From Squalus acanthias (lineage: Eukaryota), in assembly GCA_030390025.1 (NCBI GenBank), contig CM059442.1:32674001-32738000 (forward strand): a DNA stretch of 64,000 nucleotides, given 5' to 3'. The notes under the pieces are model-generated. The model was not told where the DNA came from. It saw only the letters and a program-made list of their open reading frames with translations, and searched no databases. Shown here piece by piece: positions 1 through 12,815 of this stretch (the stretch's first letter is position 1; each line of letters opens with the position of its first letter). The position numbers and the translations under genes are program-made.

Positions 1-2109
1 GGTCATGTTTTGGTCAGAGATAATAAGTGTCAGATTTTGAAGTACATTAATAGCAAAAGGCCCATTCAAATTTAAAATGTTGGCTTACAATGCTGAAATC
101 ATGTTTAATCTAAAGAAAAAACACACTGTTTTAAGTCTTCACAAAATGAAAGATCTGCAAAGAATTGGAATACCAAATCCAAGGGATTTTGACGCATTAA
201 GAATTCAATGAAGCTTAGTGTTGTAACCCTATTTATATAACAGTGAGTTATCACAAGTTAACAGAGTCATAATTGTGTCTGACAGTTTGTTTGTAATTGT
301 AGTTCAGATTGCAACTGTGCTATTTCAACCTGTTAAAATATTGCCACTGAGGTATATTCATTTAGAAAGCTATTTGTGCCTTTAGCAGTCTTCAAGAATT
401 GATTTAATGGCAAAGTGATAATAAAAATGTTACCTTTTCCTTAATTGTTGTATTGTCTGTTCATCTACTTAAAAATTACAAGTTTTATCATTTTATACAG
501 TCTACATAATATGATTTTCTCTGGTGTTATCTTTATTTCTAGACAATATATTATTTCGATTTAGCAATAACATCTAAACTAGAATTCATAATTATCTTAA
601 GAGCGGTATGTTCAGTTAGAAAGAGATGCAGTGGTTTATCAGAGGGTACAATTCTTCATTCTTGGCATGATGTAGTTTAGCTATGCCATGTGTTTGGTAT
701 GACACCTGATCTTAATCCTTCAGGAGGCATGTGGACATTTTTAATTTGTATTCACCTTGAGGCCCAGGGACAAAATACTCTCTCAGCTTGGCTTTATGCA
801 GCAGAGTGTCATTCTACTGTAAGGAATACAGTTTGAGCTGTTTAGATGGTCAAAAAGGAAAATTCTGATTGACTGTAAATTGCTCTAAAATTGCTCTAAA
901 CCCTATCATAGAGGCTGGACTCACTCTTGACCTGTTGCTTTGAAGTCAGCAGCGTGACATGAAAGTGTAAAACTTTGAATATGACCTGCATATATGTATG
1001 GTCACCATGTAAGAGGAATAAAGTTTTGGTTCTGAAAGCTCTCCTTTGCTATCAAAGAACAAGAAGAAACAAGTAATACAGCACACAAACTACAAAGACC
1101 CCCCTCCCCCTTCTCTCTGCTACTCCCGACCTCTTCCCCCCCCTCCCACCCACATCAGGCAGGTAGGGTTTTGATACAAGATTTAGGATTACATAACAGC
1201 TGCCATTTGTCACAAATGTAAGATGTACTAAACAACGGCTGTGCTTATTTAAATGCCAAGACCACAGACTGAGGTGTTTAATAAAAGCATAGGAGCTGTT
1301 TATTACTTTCGACCTCCTGATAAACTTGTACGGATGCTTAAAAAAAATGAAGGAAAATGCTTTGATATTTTTATATTTTATCTTCATTTTACTTGGGTTC
1401 ATTAGGACTTTGTGTACACAGTTGATATTTAGGGGACACAAAAGAAAGGGAGATAGGAGTGAAGTAAAATTACAGCATGATCCTATTTTAGTGGTATGGT
1501 ACAATGAATCAATTGTTGGCCTGTAAATATTGATATTATAGTGCAAGGCGTTTGTTACATAAATACTGACATTGATAAATATGATGAGAAATAATAGATC
1601 TGATGATAGGAACAAAAGAGGAAAGGAATAACTGAATAATCATAGCTTTTGAGTAAATAAAAGAAATGATGTAAGCATTTAAAATATAAAGATTCCACTT
1701 TGAAATTTGGCATTGCTTAAAGTTTCATTTGTCATATATATATCATGCTATAAACGCACCTTAAATATAGTAGCCAATGTTGTTTCTTCAGGAAAGTTAT
1801 GCCAGAAAATTTTGAAGAGTCATGCTTTACCTTTTTTATGTTTTAAAGAGCATAAGGTCCATTAACTTTCATTATCCCATGATGTTTTCATTCTCAATAA
1901 TTTCCTATTAATACACCGGAGGGAGGAAGGAGCAGGGTCTGTAAAAAGCAAGTCCTGTCTCACTCCTTGAATAGCCAGTCTTGCTGTCAATTATAAACAA
2001 TTATAGAAAGTGTAGCCTAGGTACATGCTGGAAGCCATCGGTAGCTTGGGGTTCTCGCATAGGCTCAAGCCTTTAACAGAAAAAAGTGTTTTATGCATTT
2101 CAAACACAA

Positions 2110-3700
2110 AACAACAATAATGTGCATTTATGTAGCACCTTTAACGTAGTAAAGCATCCCAAGGCGCTTCACAGGAGTGTTATCAAACAAAATTTGACAC
2201 TGAGCCACATGAGATATTAGGACAGGTGACCAAAAGCTTGGCCAAAGAGTTAATTTTAAGATACGTCTTAAAAGATGAGAGAGAGGTAGAGAGGCGAAGA
2301 GGTTTAGGGAGGGAATTCCAGAGCTTGGGGCCAAGGCAGCTGAAGGCAGGGCTGCCAATGGTGGAGCAAAGAAAATCGGGGATGCGCAAGAGGCCATAAT
2401 TTGAGGAACGCAGAGATCCCGGAGGGTTGTAGGGCTGGAGGAGGTTACAGAGATAAGAGGGGTGAGGCCATGGAGGGATTTGGAAAAAAAATGAGAATTT
2501 TAAGATCAAGGTGTTGTTGGACCGGGAGCCAATGTAGGTCAATGAGCACGGGTGACAGGTGAATGGGACTTGGTGTGAGTTAGGTTACAGACAGCACAGT
2601 TTTGGATGAGCTTAAATTTATGGAGGGTAGAAGATGGGAGGCCGGTCAGTAGAATGGTCAAGTCTAGAAGTAACAAAGGCAAGGATGAGGGTTTCAGCAG
2701 CAGATGAGCAAAGGCAGGGACTGAGATGGGTAATCTTACGAAGGTGGAAGTAGGCGGTCTTGGTGATGGAGCAATTATGGGATCGGAAGCTCATCTCGGG
2801 GTCAGATAGGACACCAAGCTTACGAACCGTCTGGTTCAGCCTCAGACACTGGCCAGGGAGAGGGATGGAGTTTGTGGCAGAGACCGAAGACAGTGGCCCA
2901 GAAATTGATCTCGCTCTGTTCCCGCGTGGGTAAGCCTTCCCCGCGATGTCTCACCTCGCTTATGCTTTTTCTGATCCAGCTCGCACGAAATTGATGTTCC
3001 AGACATCAGCTGTGCTGGGCTTGCGTATCCCAGCGGCGTAGTTAATTCGTGCGAGCTGTGGGATCACGTGACTCAGTTAGAGCCAATGGCAGCACACCAT
3101 CTTCCATTCATAAGTCTCACAGCATGGCTGTGAGACTTATGAATCTTACACCCCCCCAAAATAACAGCTAAACCTCAATTAAATTAAAAAAAAAACCCAT
3201 CACATTAATAAAATAAGTATAGTTAATTAAATTAACCATTTTAAATAAAAAATTAAATTTTTGAAAAAATTTAAAATCTTTTAAAAAGTTATAAAAATAA
3301 ACTTACCTGTCTTTAAAGTCTATAAAAAAGATATACCTGTAAAAAAAAATTCAAAAAAATACTTAATTCACTACTTACCTTCTTAAAAGCGGGTCTTACT
3401 CCTCCTTTTTACATTTCCAAAATCTTCCCTACTTACCTGCGCGTCCAAAGCATGAAGTGCACAGCGTGCGCGCAGCCTGTAGCGCGCACGCGATGCAGCC
3501 AGGCCCCGCCCCCTTTTCGGAAGAGCAATTGCCGGTTTTCAGCGCATGCGCAGGGCATGCAGAAAACCGGCAATTGGAGTGGGAATACGCGAGAGTATGC
3601 AGTGCGTACTCTCGCGTCCCGGGATCAATTTTCGGCCCAATGGCTTCGGTCTTCCCAAGATTTAGTTGGAGGAAATTTCTCCTCATCCTGTACAGGATGT
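2110..3700 (-). mobile_element. L2-clade LINE 3' fragment, interrupted by a Harbinger-type MITE
   Basis: Minus strand encodes the L2 ORF2 C-terminus (PSYLCNLLQPYNP...AFSCLGPKLWNSLPKPLR); (TTG)n-like tail; homologous to 44886-45700. Confidence 0.85.
2895..3638 (-). mobile_element. Non-autonomous PIF/Harbinger-type element, family 1
   Basis: 16-bp imperfect TIRs ggcccagaaattgatc / gatcaattttcggccc; flanks agt/aat; removal restores L2 sequence gaagacaatggc as seen near 45683-45694. Confidence 0.85.
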
Positions 3701-5239
3701 ATTGTACAGGTAAGTTTAATCTTTTTCTTATTTTTGTAATTTGTTAAGTTACAAACCATATTTCCAGTAGTAATTGTACATCTTGTGATAAAATGCTAAA
3801 TGTCAGCCAAAAAGATTAAAATATATTTTGAGCAATTTGATTAGTTTACCTTTTAAGTTGATAACTCTGCTGACTTCCCATTTTTAATTTTCTTTTTAAC
3901 TTGCTGATTGGTGGTTTTAATTTCTGCCTGCAACTTGCTGATTGGTACATTCCCTACCTGCTCAACTGTGATTTGTTACTATTTATGTGTATGAACTTTG
4001 AGCCAATCAGTTAAAAGTGACACATAAATTTGCAAAGCGTCATAAACAAAATGTACCAGACACAACGTACATGTACGCATTGCTGCATGGTGAGCCAGAG
4101 GTTTTATAAGAACACTGATTTATCAGCATTGGGACAGTCCTGGAATTTGGGAGTGGTGGCAAGGGCACGCAGGGTCTGGCATTGCTGGGATGGGGTCTCT
4201 TGATCTAGCATTACTTTGACAGATTATTTGGATCTGGAAGCACTGAGGCAATCCTGGGATTAGGGGGCAGTCCCAGGGTCTAGGAGTATTGTGATGGTCC
4301 TTGGGTCTTGGAGGCCAGTCTATGGGTTTGTGTAGTGCTCCTGGAATCCTTGGGACTATCAACTGTAAAACTCTCCCCAAACCTGTCTCTGGCCCATTTT
4401 AGGTCATCAGCACCCCTACTGCTTGCCCTGTTGTCAACCATTTTCCAAAAGTTCCTACCTTAAAGTACTTGGTGCACTACTAGTGTGTTTACCAACTCAT
4501 GCTGTCTTTAATAAACATATATTTCCATAAGCCATCAAAGGTTATCTCACTAAACACTAAAAAGTTCAGTGCATACAGTTTCCACGTTTTTATATTAAAA
4601 ATAACTTGGTTGGAGCATTGAGGCCCTGCACGTTGCCCATGATTTTCTGTTCATTAATGCCAATGGACAGAAAATCACAGATCTGCGATTTTGCGATGTT
4701 GCCAGTTATATGTAATGCCACGCTGATGACTTGTGGCCTGAGAATGTTCTGCCTCATACCTTTTAAGTCCTAAAAGTGCCTTATTGTCTTTCTCAGAAGA
4801 AAAAATATATTTTTAACAGAATTTTGAGTGAAAATGAGTGGACAGCAGTCCAGTCAGAAGGAAGCCAATAAGTCAGGTTCATCTTCCAGCTAGACTTAAA
4901 TCACTTGAGATAAAGAAAGTACTGTTTGATTTTTTTTCCACTGAGAAAGGTCATTCTTAATAAATAATCTTTATTTTGCTTTTTAAATGGCAGTAAAAGA
5001 AACTACAGGTGTGGTGAATCACAGGTGTTATCTGACTCACTGAGATAAAATTTAGCAGTTCAGAATAGAAGGGGAGGAGCTGTTAATATTTTAAATGTGA
5101 AACTTTTTGAGAATCCAAACTCCCAATTTGTTTCCAAGTATTTTGGAAAAAGGCAAGAAGCCCAAATCCTCACAGGACGGGGGTGATTCCCTCTGCTTCA
5201 GCTGTAAGAAAGCTACTGTTGCATGCTGGGAAATGAATG

Positions 5240-5991
5240 CAAACTGCACGTGCTCGGAATGAATGGATGTGGGTGGTAACTCCCCTCAACTGTTTTTGGG
5301 GAAAAAATATCTTGCAATCTCTGTGGCAGAAGTTTGCCTTTTTCGATGTCCAATTGATTTCAGCGTTCTGTAATGGGAATTCCTATGGTGATGCTGCACT
5401 GACGTCAATAAGCTGTCTAAGCAGCCAGTCACATTGAAGATTCTCATAGGCAGGAAATGAGAAGCTGCTCTTATCCGGACTTTTTGAAAATGTTAGAGAG
5501 CGATATAAAGATGGAGACTTTCAAATAGGGATAAGGTAGAAGCTGAAATATGATGAACAAATTTTTTTTTAAAGGTATGTTTTTTAAAAATTGTAATTTT
5601 TGTCATAATGGAAAAATGTAACACTCCACAAATAGAAAAAATAGTTTTTCAGGGCCAGAACATTTGTTTAGCAGTCACTATACTGTTAAAACCCCAGTTA
5701 CACCTATTCCAACAAGGTTTATCATTTAATGGGGTATTTAACAGCGATATTACTGTGGAAAAGCCCAAGTTTTTATCAATTTCACTGATTTAATTGATTA
5801 CACTGATTGCTGGCTAGTGGGGGAGGGGGGTCCAAAGTGCAGCCAGTGTCAGAGCAGTGAATGACCGCAAATTCAGAATTTCCACGTTTAGATGTGTATG
5901 CACTAAACCCTGAAGTTGTGGTCAGTTTCAGAGGGGTAATGACAGCGAACGCTGGTTGTTCGCCGTCATTACCCACTGCAAATTCCGGGCC
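5240..5991. mobile_element. Harbinger-type MITE remnant, family 3 (right TIR only)
   Basis: Ends in gcaaattccgggcc; right half is similar to 15708-16470; left TIR not seen, so the start is approximate. Confidence 0.6.
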
Positions 5992-6069
5992 ATCTAGCTG
6001 AAGCCTAGGTTTTTGATACAGGCAGAGGCCTTGAAGTAAAAACTTTAATGTAGGTATTAAAAGATAAAA

Positions 6070-6225
6070 AGAAACTTAGGAACAGGAGGCGGCCATTCAG
6101 CCCCTCGAGCCTGTTCCGCCATTCAGTTAGATCATGGCTGATCTGTATCTTAACTCCATCCTTGGCTCCATATCCTTTCCTACCCTTGTCTATCAAAAAT
6201 CTAACACTCTCCGATTTAAAATCAT
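6070..6225 (-). mobile_element. CR1 LINE 3' tail fragment
   Basis: ggccattcagcccctcgagcctgttccgccattc...gatcatggctgatc is the reverse complement of the CR1 tails at 11.6 kb and 32.1 kb. Confidence 0.75.
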
Positions 6226-6618
6226 CAATGGTTAAATGTAATCATATTATCGTAAAATGTCATTTTTTCTGTTTTTTGTTTAAACCTTCCTTTGGACATT
6301 AGAAATTTCAGTTACTGAGAGCAAAATTGTCATCAGAAATTTTCTTCAAAAAGTTATTGGAGTGATTCGATTGGGTAACCTTTTTTATTTTTTCATTGGT
6401 AATTCTCCTTACTGGTCATTCAGGATTGGTTGTTTTCATGTGTCTTCTGTAGCTACTCATTGACAGTTTTCTAGCTGCTTTTCTTGCTTTTGATTTATAT
6501 GTTCCCTATTTCCTCATCTGATTTGCTGCTGTTTCACTGAACCAATCAATGGAGCAAATGTGGCAGCAAAAGTGTGACATTGCAGGAAGAACACCTAGGT
6601 AGAAAATTTAAATATAAT

Positions 6619-7361
6619 GGGCCAGAAATTAGGCACTTGCCGGGTGAGTACGCGCTGTGTACTCACCCGTAAGGCCTCCTGAAGTGCTGGTTTCCTGCAT
6701 GCACTGCGCATGCGCGGGAAACCGGAACTTCCGGTTTCGTGAAGGGAGTGGTTCAGAGGTGAACCGCGTGCACGGGAGAGGCTGCGCGCACGCAGCGAAC
6801 TTAGGGTTGTTTTCAGGTTTCTCCGGGAAGGTAAGTATTTAAAAAGGAGGCGCAAGACCGTTTTTAACAAGGTAAGTGGTTAATTAATTACAATTTAAAA
6901 TATTTTTCAACAGGTTTATCTTTTTTAGATACTTTAAAGAAAGGTAAGTTTATTTTTAGCACTGTTAAAAAATATTTTAATTTTGTCAAATTTAAATTTT
7001 TGTTTAAAGTAGTTAATTTATTTAACTTATAGTTATTTTAAAAATGTGATGTTTTTAAAAAAAATTTATTTGAAGTTTAGGTGTTGTTTTGGGGCCGATT
7101 TCAATTCATAGATTTGACAGGTTCCTGTCAAATCTATGAATGAAAGATGGTCTGCTGCCATTGGCTCTCCATGGCCCACGTGATCCCAGGGGACGCATCG
7201 CACTAACTACGCCCCTGGGATACACAAGCACTGTGCGCCAGCAGCTGCAGGAGGCCCAGGAGCTGAAGTCCCCATGGGCCCAGAGGTCAACGGCAGGCGC
7301 GGGGTAGGTGCGCGTGCGATCATTGCACCCGCGGGAAGCCAGGGAGCCTAATTTCTGGGCC
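6619..7361 (+). mobile_element. Non-autonomous Harbinger-type element, family 1
   Basis: TIRs gggccagaaattaggc / gcctaatttctgggcc; flanks aat/att; same internal architecture as 2895-3638 in opposite orientation. Confidence 0.85.
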
Positions 7362-8680
7362 ATTATAGATATATATGCATGGAACTCCTTTGGAATGACC
7401 ATTGATGAGTTGGTATTATGCTATTTTATCCCATGGAATGTATCATATATTATCAAGGCCTCTGATTTATGATGTGTGAGTAAGTCAAAGTGCATTTTGC
7501 ATATAATATTGTGGGTCTATCAATAGTATTTTTGGCTTCAAATTACACAATTATGTTGAAATTTTCATGGAACCTGTAAACCAATGGCTATTATTATAAC
7601 TTTGCTTAACTATGTAGTTAATTTTATCTGAACTTTTTCTAAAGCACAAGATACAGAGGAAGATACTAGGGAAGATGTTCTAGGTTGAAGGTAGGAAGTA
7701 GGTTGCAACTATTATGTGTAGCAGTAGTGGGAAAAGCTATGGTTTGGTAGTGTTGGGAGGGGGGTCCTGGGGTGGTGTGGAGCAGAGTTAAAGGGATTAG
7801 AATTTGGGAGAATTGGCAGCAGGGTCATTGGTATGGGAGAAGGCCCTGGGGTGTGATGGTGCTGGAGAACCTGAGATCTGAGAGCATTGGATGCAGGGTC
7901 ACTAGGTGGAGGGGGTTATGAAATCTTGGACTAATGGGCAGGGTCTGATGTTTAGGAGCACTTGGAAGGAGGTGCCAGGATATAGGAGTAGGAGGGAGGA
8001 GTCTCCGAAAGGACAAGTTCTGTGCCTGAGAGGAGTGGAAGAGACAGGGTTATAAAGGCTTCAGCTATTGCGGGAGAGTTGAGAGCAGGGAGAGGCAGCA
8101 GTGAGGTGGGGAAAAAGTACAGAGGCAGTATCTGGCAAGTGTCTCGATTTCACAACTCTGAGGCAGATGACACTGTGGCGAACAGCACAACCTATATTGA
8201 CTGTAGACTTAGAAGGGCTCAGAGGTTAGCATGAGAACAATGCCACATGATTAGGCAGAGTCTACATGGTTTTATGAAAGGGAAATCGTGTTTGACAAAT
8301 TTATTAGAGCTTTTTGAGGATGTAACTAGCAGGGTAGATAAAGGGGAACCAGTGGGTGTAGTATATTTGGATTTCCAAAAGACATTCAATAAGGTGCCAC
8401 ATAAAAGGTTATTACACAAGATTAGGGCTCATGGGGTTGAGGGTAATATAGTAACATGGATAGAGGATTGGTTAACGGACAGAAAACAGAGAGTAGGGAT
8501 AAACGGATCTTTTTCATGTTGGCAGGCTGTAACTAGTGGGGTGCCGCAAGGATCAGTGTTGGGGCCTCAGCTATTTACAATCTATATTAATGACCTAGAT
8601 GAAGGGACCGAGTGTAATGTATCCAAGTTTGCTGATGATACAAAGCTAGGTGGGACAGTAAGCTGTGGGAAGAACACAAA

Positions 8681-10024
8681 GGGGGCGATTTTCTGATGTC
8701 GGAGGAGGCGGGAAAATCAGAATCGAAGAGGTCGGGTTCGAAACCCGCCTCCACGGGATTTTGCCGGTGCCGGTTTTGGAGGTCGGGAAATGCTCCCGCC
8801 TCCAGCTGGTCATTGCGCTATTAAAGATCCTTAAATGCTCGTTAAGGGCCTCTCTAAGCCTATTTTGAGAGGCCCTCGTGATTTTTGCAGCTTTTCGGCG
8901 TGATCCACGCACCTCCGAAACCACGCCAGGTAAACCTGGCGGGTTGACTCATGGGTGGCCTCCTCACTGCTGCAGGTCTAACAAGACATCGTTTATTGCA
9001 GCACGGATTACTTGCAGGTGCCAGACCTTGGCTTTAAAAGGTCTCTGAGCACTTTTAGAAGGCCTTCCAAAGTCTGAGGTGCTGCAGCTTGACTCCATCA
9101 ACTGTGGGACCTCCTTGGAAGATCCTCTCCCCTGCTTGCAATGAGCGCTTCCCCAAAGGAGGGATCTACAAGCAGCATGGAAACCATTCGTTTTCTTTCT
9201 GCATGGACCTCGGAGGAGGAGGATCTGGAGGAGGAGGAGGTCAGAGCGCCGGTGCAGCGGCAGCACGCGAGCACATGGCTGCCCGGGATGCAAGGGATGA
9301 ACTTATCATGGCCAGATTTGCATAGGTTGCCCAAGTTGGCACATGTCGTAGGACATCATTGACAATGGACAGGACTCTCTGGCCTCCTTTCACTCGGGCC
9401 ACCAACCTGAAAACGCAAGTGTGGCGGTGCCCGCAATGTGGAGCTGCCTAAGGCGAAAGAACAGATGGCATAACGCCAACATTTTGACTTCAAATCATTT
9501 TAATGCTTTCCAACAGGGATGGCATTTCATCAATACACAGAAACAGTCTCCCAATCTGCACACAGACCTGGAGGTTATATCCCTTGCCAGCTGTACCCAC
9601 ACAGCCTTGGTTTCTTTGGCAGGCCTCTTCCTCCGAGATGAGTGGAAGAGCACCTCCATGCTAGCTGTCACCCCCTCAAACAACATTTGCAGCGCCTCAT
9701 CTGAAAGCCTCGGGTAGGCCCTTGCCTTGGAATTGGACATAGTGGTTTCTCAAAAGATGTTGGAGGTGGTGCAGGAGATGCGGAAATGCTGTGGAATGAG
9801 CCAAGGGAGCAAGAAGCCATAAAATCAGACTGGAAAAGTGCTGTCAACAGAGGCAAGTTTCAGTCCCAAAACACTAATTGAGCAAGGGCATCCCACACCT
9901 CTGAAATCAAGTGGCCAATCATGGGAAAATCGCAAATTTTTTAAACCCATCAGAGAAGGTGAGTTTCAAACCCATCCGAACTGAAACCCGCCTCCATCTT
10001 GCCTCCAGTGGGAAAATCGCCCCC
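8681..10024. mobile_element. Internally deleted Harbinger transposon with transposase (+) and Myb/SANT (-) remnants
   Basis: TIRs gggggcgatttt / aaaatcgccccc; TSD AAA. Minus ORF 9495-9740 (RAYPRLSDEALQMLFEGV...KAVWVQLARDI) is Myb/SANT-like; + strand has an acidic run followed by AARDARDELIMARFA*, typical of a Harbinger transposase C-terminus. Confidence 0.85.
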
Positions 10025-10176
10025 AAAGAGTCTGCAAAGGGATATAGATAGACTAAGTGAGTGGGCAGTAAGGTGGCAGATGGAGTATAATGTAGGGAAA
10101 TGTGAGGTTATTCACTTTGGTAGGAAGAATAGGAAAACAGAATATTTTTTAAACGGTGAGAAACTTTCAAATGTTG

Positions 10177-10988
10177 GGGGGCGATTTTTGCCAGCCCTGG
10201 GGAGGCGGGACTGCCGGGAAAATGGCTGAATTTGGGGGTGGGTGCCTAACCCGCCTCCATGCCATCTTGCCAGGAAGCGGGTAGCCGACCTGCGCCGGGT
10301 CCCGTCTCCTTGGAGGCGGGAAGGGATTAAAGCCTATTAACTGCCTGTTAACAGATAGTAAACAGGCAGAAAATAGGATTATCGCCTTTTTGTCCTCAAG
10401 TGCGGGCTTCTCGAAGGCTCTGAAACCCGCCAGGGTCAACAAGACGAGTAGTGGGTCTGCGGGGGTGCAAAAGTGTGCTGTGGAGGTGAGTGATGGGTGC
10501 AAGAGTGGAGAAGTGAGTATCTGAGGCAAGTGCAAAATGTTAGGAAAGGATACTTACCTTTGTTTCTTCCTGCAGGTTTCAGTCGGTGTGTATGCGGAGA
10601 GTCTCGGACCTCCGTGTTGGAGATGACAGATGGCCGTTGCATTCTCAGATGCAACAACCATCTCATTTCTGTAAAAGAAAGAAGTTTGATGAGGTCTTGA
10701 AATCAAGACCTCATCAAACTACAGAGAATGTTACTGTTTGATAGCTTCACAGAGCTGTCAAACGATGACAATTCATCTGTCAAAACTTTTTGACAGATGA
10801 AAGGTCATACGTTGATGTTCTCTGCAACCGGCTTTACTTTAATTGGCCTGCTAAGCCCGCTGGGCGGGCTTAACGAGGTCAATCAAGGGAAAATAGCGTG
10901 GGTTGGCCACAAATTGATGGAGGCAGGACATTGACCCACCAAGCAGCAGTCCCGCCTCCAACGCGCCCCCATTGGCAAAATCACCCCC
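10177..10988 (+). mobile_element. Non-autonomous Harbinger-type element, family 2
   Basis: TIRs gggggcgatttttgcc / ggcaaaatcaccccc; TSD TTG; interrupts the CR1 RT. Confidence 0.9.
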
Positions 10989-11724
10989 TTGGTGTTCAGA
11001 GAGATTTGGGTGTCCTCGTGCAAGAAACACAGAAAGCTAGCATGCAGGTACAGCAAGCAATAAGGAAGGCAAATGACATGTTGGCCTTTATTGCAAGGCG
11101 GTTGGAGTATAAGAGTAAGAAAGTCTTGCTACAATTGTACAGGGCTTTGGTGAGACCACACCTGGAGTACTGTGCACAGTTTTGGTCTCCTTATCTAAGG
11201 AAGGATATACTTGCCTTGGAGGCGGTGCAACGAAGGTTCACTAGATTGATTCCTGGAATGAGAGGGCTGTCCTATAATGAGAGATTGTGTAGAATGGGCC
11301 TATACTCTCTGGAGTTTAGAAGAATGAGAGGTGATCTCATTGAAACATACAAGATTCTGAAAGGGATTGACAGGGTAGATGCTGAGAGGTTGTTTCCCCT
11401 GGCTGGAGTGTCTAGAACTAGGGGGCATAGTCTCAGGATAAGGGGTAAGCCATTTAAGACTGTGATGAGGAGGAATTTCTTCACTCAGAGGGTTGTGAAT
11501 CTTTGGAATTCTCTGCCTCAGAGGGCTGTGAATGCAGAGTCTTTGAGTATATTCAAGGCTGAGATAGATAGATTTTTGGTCTCTAGGGGAAGCAAGGGAT
11601 ATGGAGATCGGGCGAGAAAGTGGAGTTGAGGTCGATGATCAGCCATGATCTTTTTGAATGGTGGAGCAGGCTTGAGGGGCCGTATGGCCTACTCCTGCTC
11701 TTATTTCTTATGTTCTTATGTAAC

Positions 11725-12482
11725 CTGGTGCATCACGTGGCAGCCAGGGTTTACAGCATCAAGTGAAGAAAATCTGGCCATGGTGATGCCATCGCTGGCT
11801 TCCTGGCCAGCAATTTTGTCAGGGGCTGATGCCCTGTGTCCAGTGCAGCATCAGGTGGGTGAGGAGGAGGTTGCCGCTCCTGGTGCTGGTGCTGCTGTTG
11901 TGGATTTGCCGCGGCTGCTCTTCCTCCGAATCTGACGACCAGGATGAGAGGATGTAAATGGTTCCCACCCCGTTGTTTTAGATTTTAGTTGAGGCAAGAA
12001 GCTTACAAGCGCACACTCAAAGTGGCCTGAAATTATTCCAATCAGGTAACACTGCAGATGGGTGTCAGTCTGAACAGTCACAAGGTCAGTAGATTTGCAA
12101 AATCTTATCCCAAACCTCCAACAACAAAGTTGTTGCATTTGAATGTCAGCCATGTTAGAGGAGCGCTTTTAAAGTGCTGTACCAATGACTACAAATCATG
12201 TCCTCGAGAAACTCGTCTCCTTGCAGCTGGCGTGTTTATGACAAGACAGGAAACAGGAGCCAGAAGCACGAAAATGGGAAACCACTATAAAAATAGGATT
12301 AGCAAGGCAGTTAACAGGCTCTTAACTGCCTTAACTACCTGTCCCACCGGTTCCAGTCGGGACAGTTTGAGAACGGCTGACCCGACACTCACGAAAATCG
12401 CATGGAGGCGGGTTGGGTGTCTGAAGCCATTTTATCTGATTTTTCGCTGCCGACCCGCCTCAGGGCTATTAAAATCGAGCCC
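11725..12482. mobile_element. Harbinger-type element remnant (one terminus)
   Basis: Ends in aaaatcgagccc with subterminal ggaggcggg / cccgcctc motifs shared with the other Harbinger copies; the other end was not found. Confidence 0.55.
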
Positions 12483-12524
12483 AATATTTTTCCCCATAAG
12501 GAGGTGCCATCTTTTGGTTGAGCT

Positions 12525-12815
12525 ATGAAACCGACTGCCTGCTCAAGTGGATGTAAACAACCTCACAGCACTATTTGAAGATCAGGGCAGTTCTCCTTGT
12601 GGCCCGGCCAACATTTATTCCATAACCATCATCACCAAATACAGGTACAGTCTCTAGTCATTCATCTCATGCTGTTTGTGGGACCTTGCTGTTGTGGAAG
12701 TTGACTATCTCAGCCTGGAAAGTAATAGTGACTATAAAATGTACATAATTGGTTATGAAGTGCTTTGGGACATCCTGAGAGCATGAAAGGTGCTATATTA
12801 ATGCAAGTTCTTCCT
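12525..12815 (+). mobile_element. SacSINE1/DeuSINE-like SINE fragment
   Basis: gctgtttgtgggaccttgct core and L2-like tail (gctttgggacatcctgag...gtgctatatt); similar to 54316-54735. Confidence 0.65.

Larger units (their letters stand above)
8235..11722 (+). mobile_element. CR1 LINE (5'-truncated RT plus 3' tail), split by two Harbinger-type insertions
   Basis: RT motifs [24 protein letters not shown]; C-terminus LVRPHLEYC...RVVNLWNSLP; tail ttcttatgttcttatg. The frame is restored after removing both inserts (TKSLQRDI; NVGVQRDL). Confidence 0.95.

Noticed and set aside
1052-1615. 187-aa minus-strand ORF
   Set aside because: Low-complexity translation of AT-rich intron with a non-ATG start and no domain or splice support.
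7104-7141. pre-miRNA
   Set aside because: Stem too short with a 2-nt loop and embedded in a MITE; recorded instead as the family hairpin.
10898-11629. 243-aa ORF as a novel fusion protein
   Set aside because: MITE terminus fortuitously in frame with the CR1 ORF2 C-terminus.
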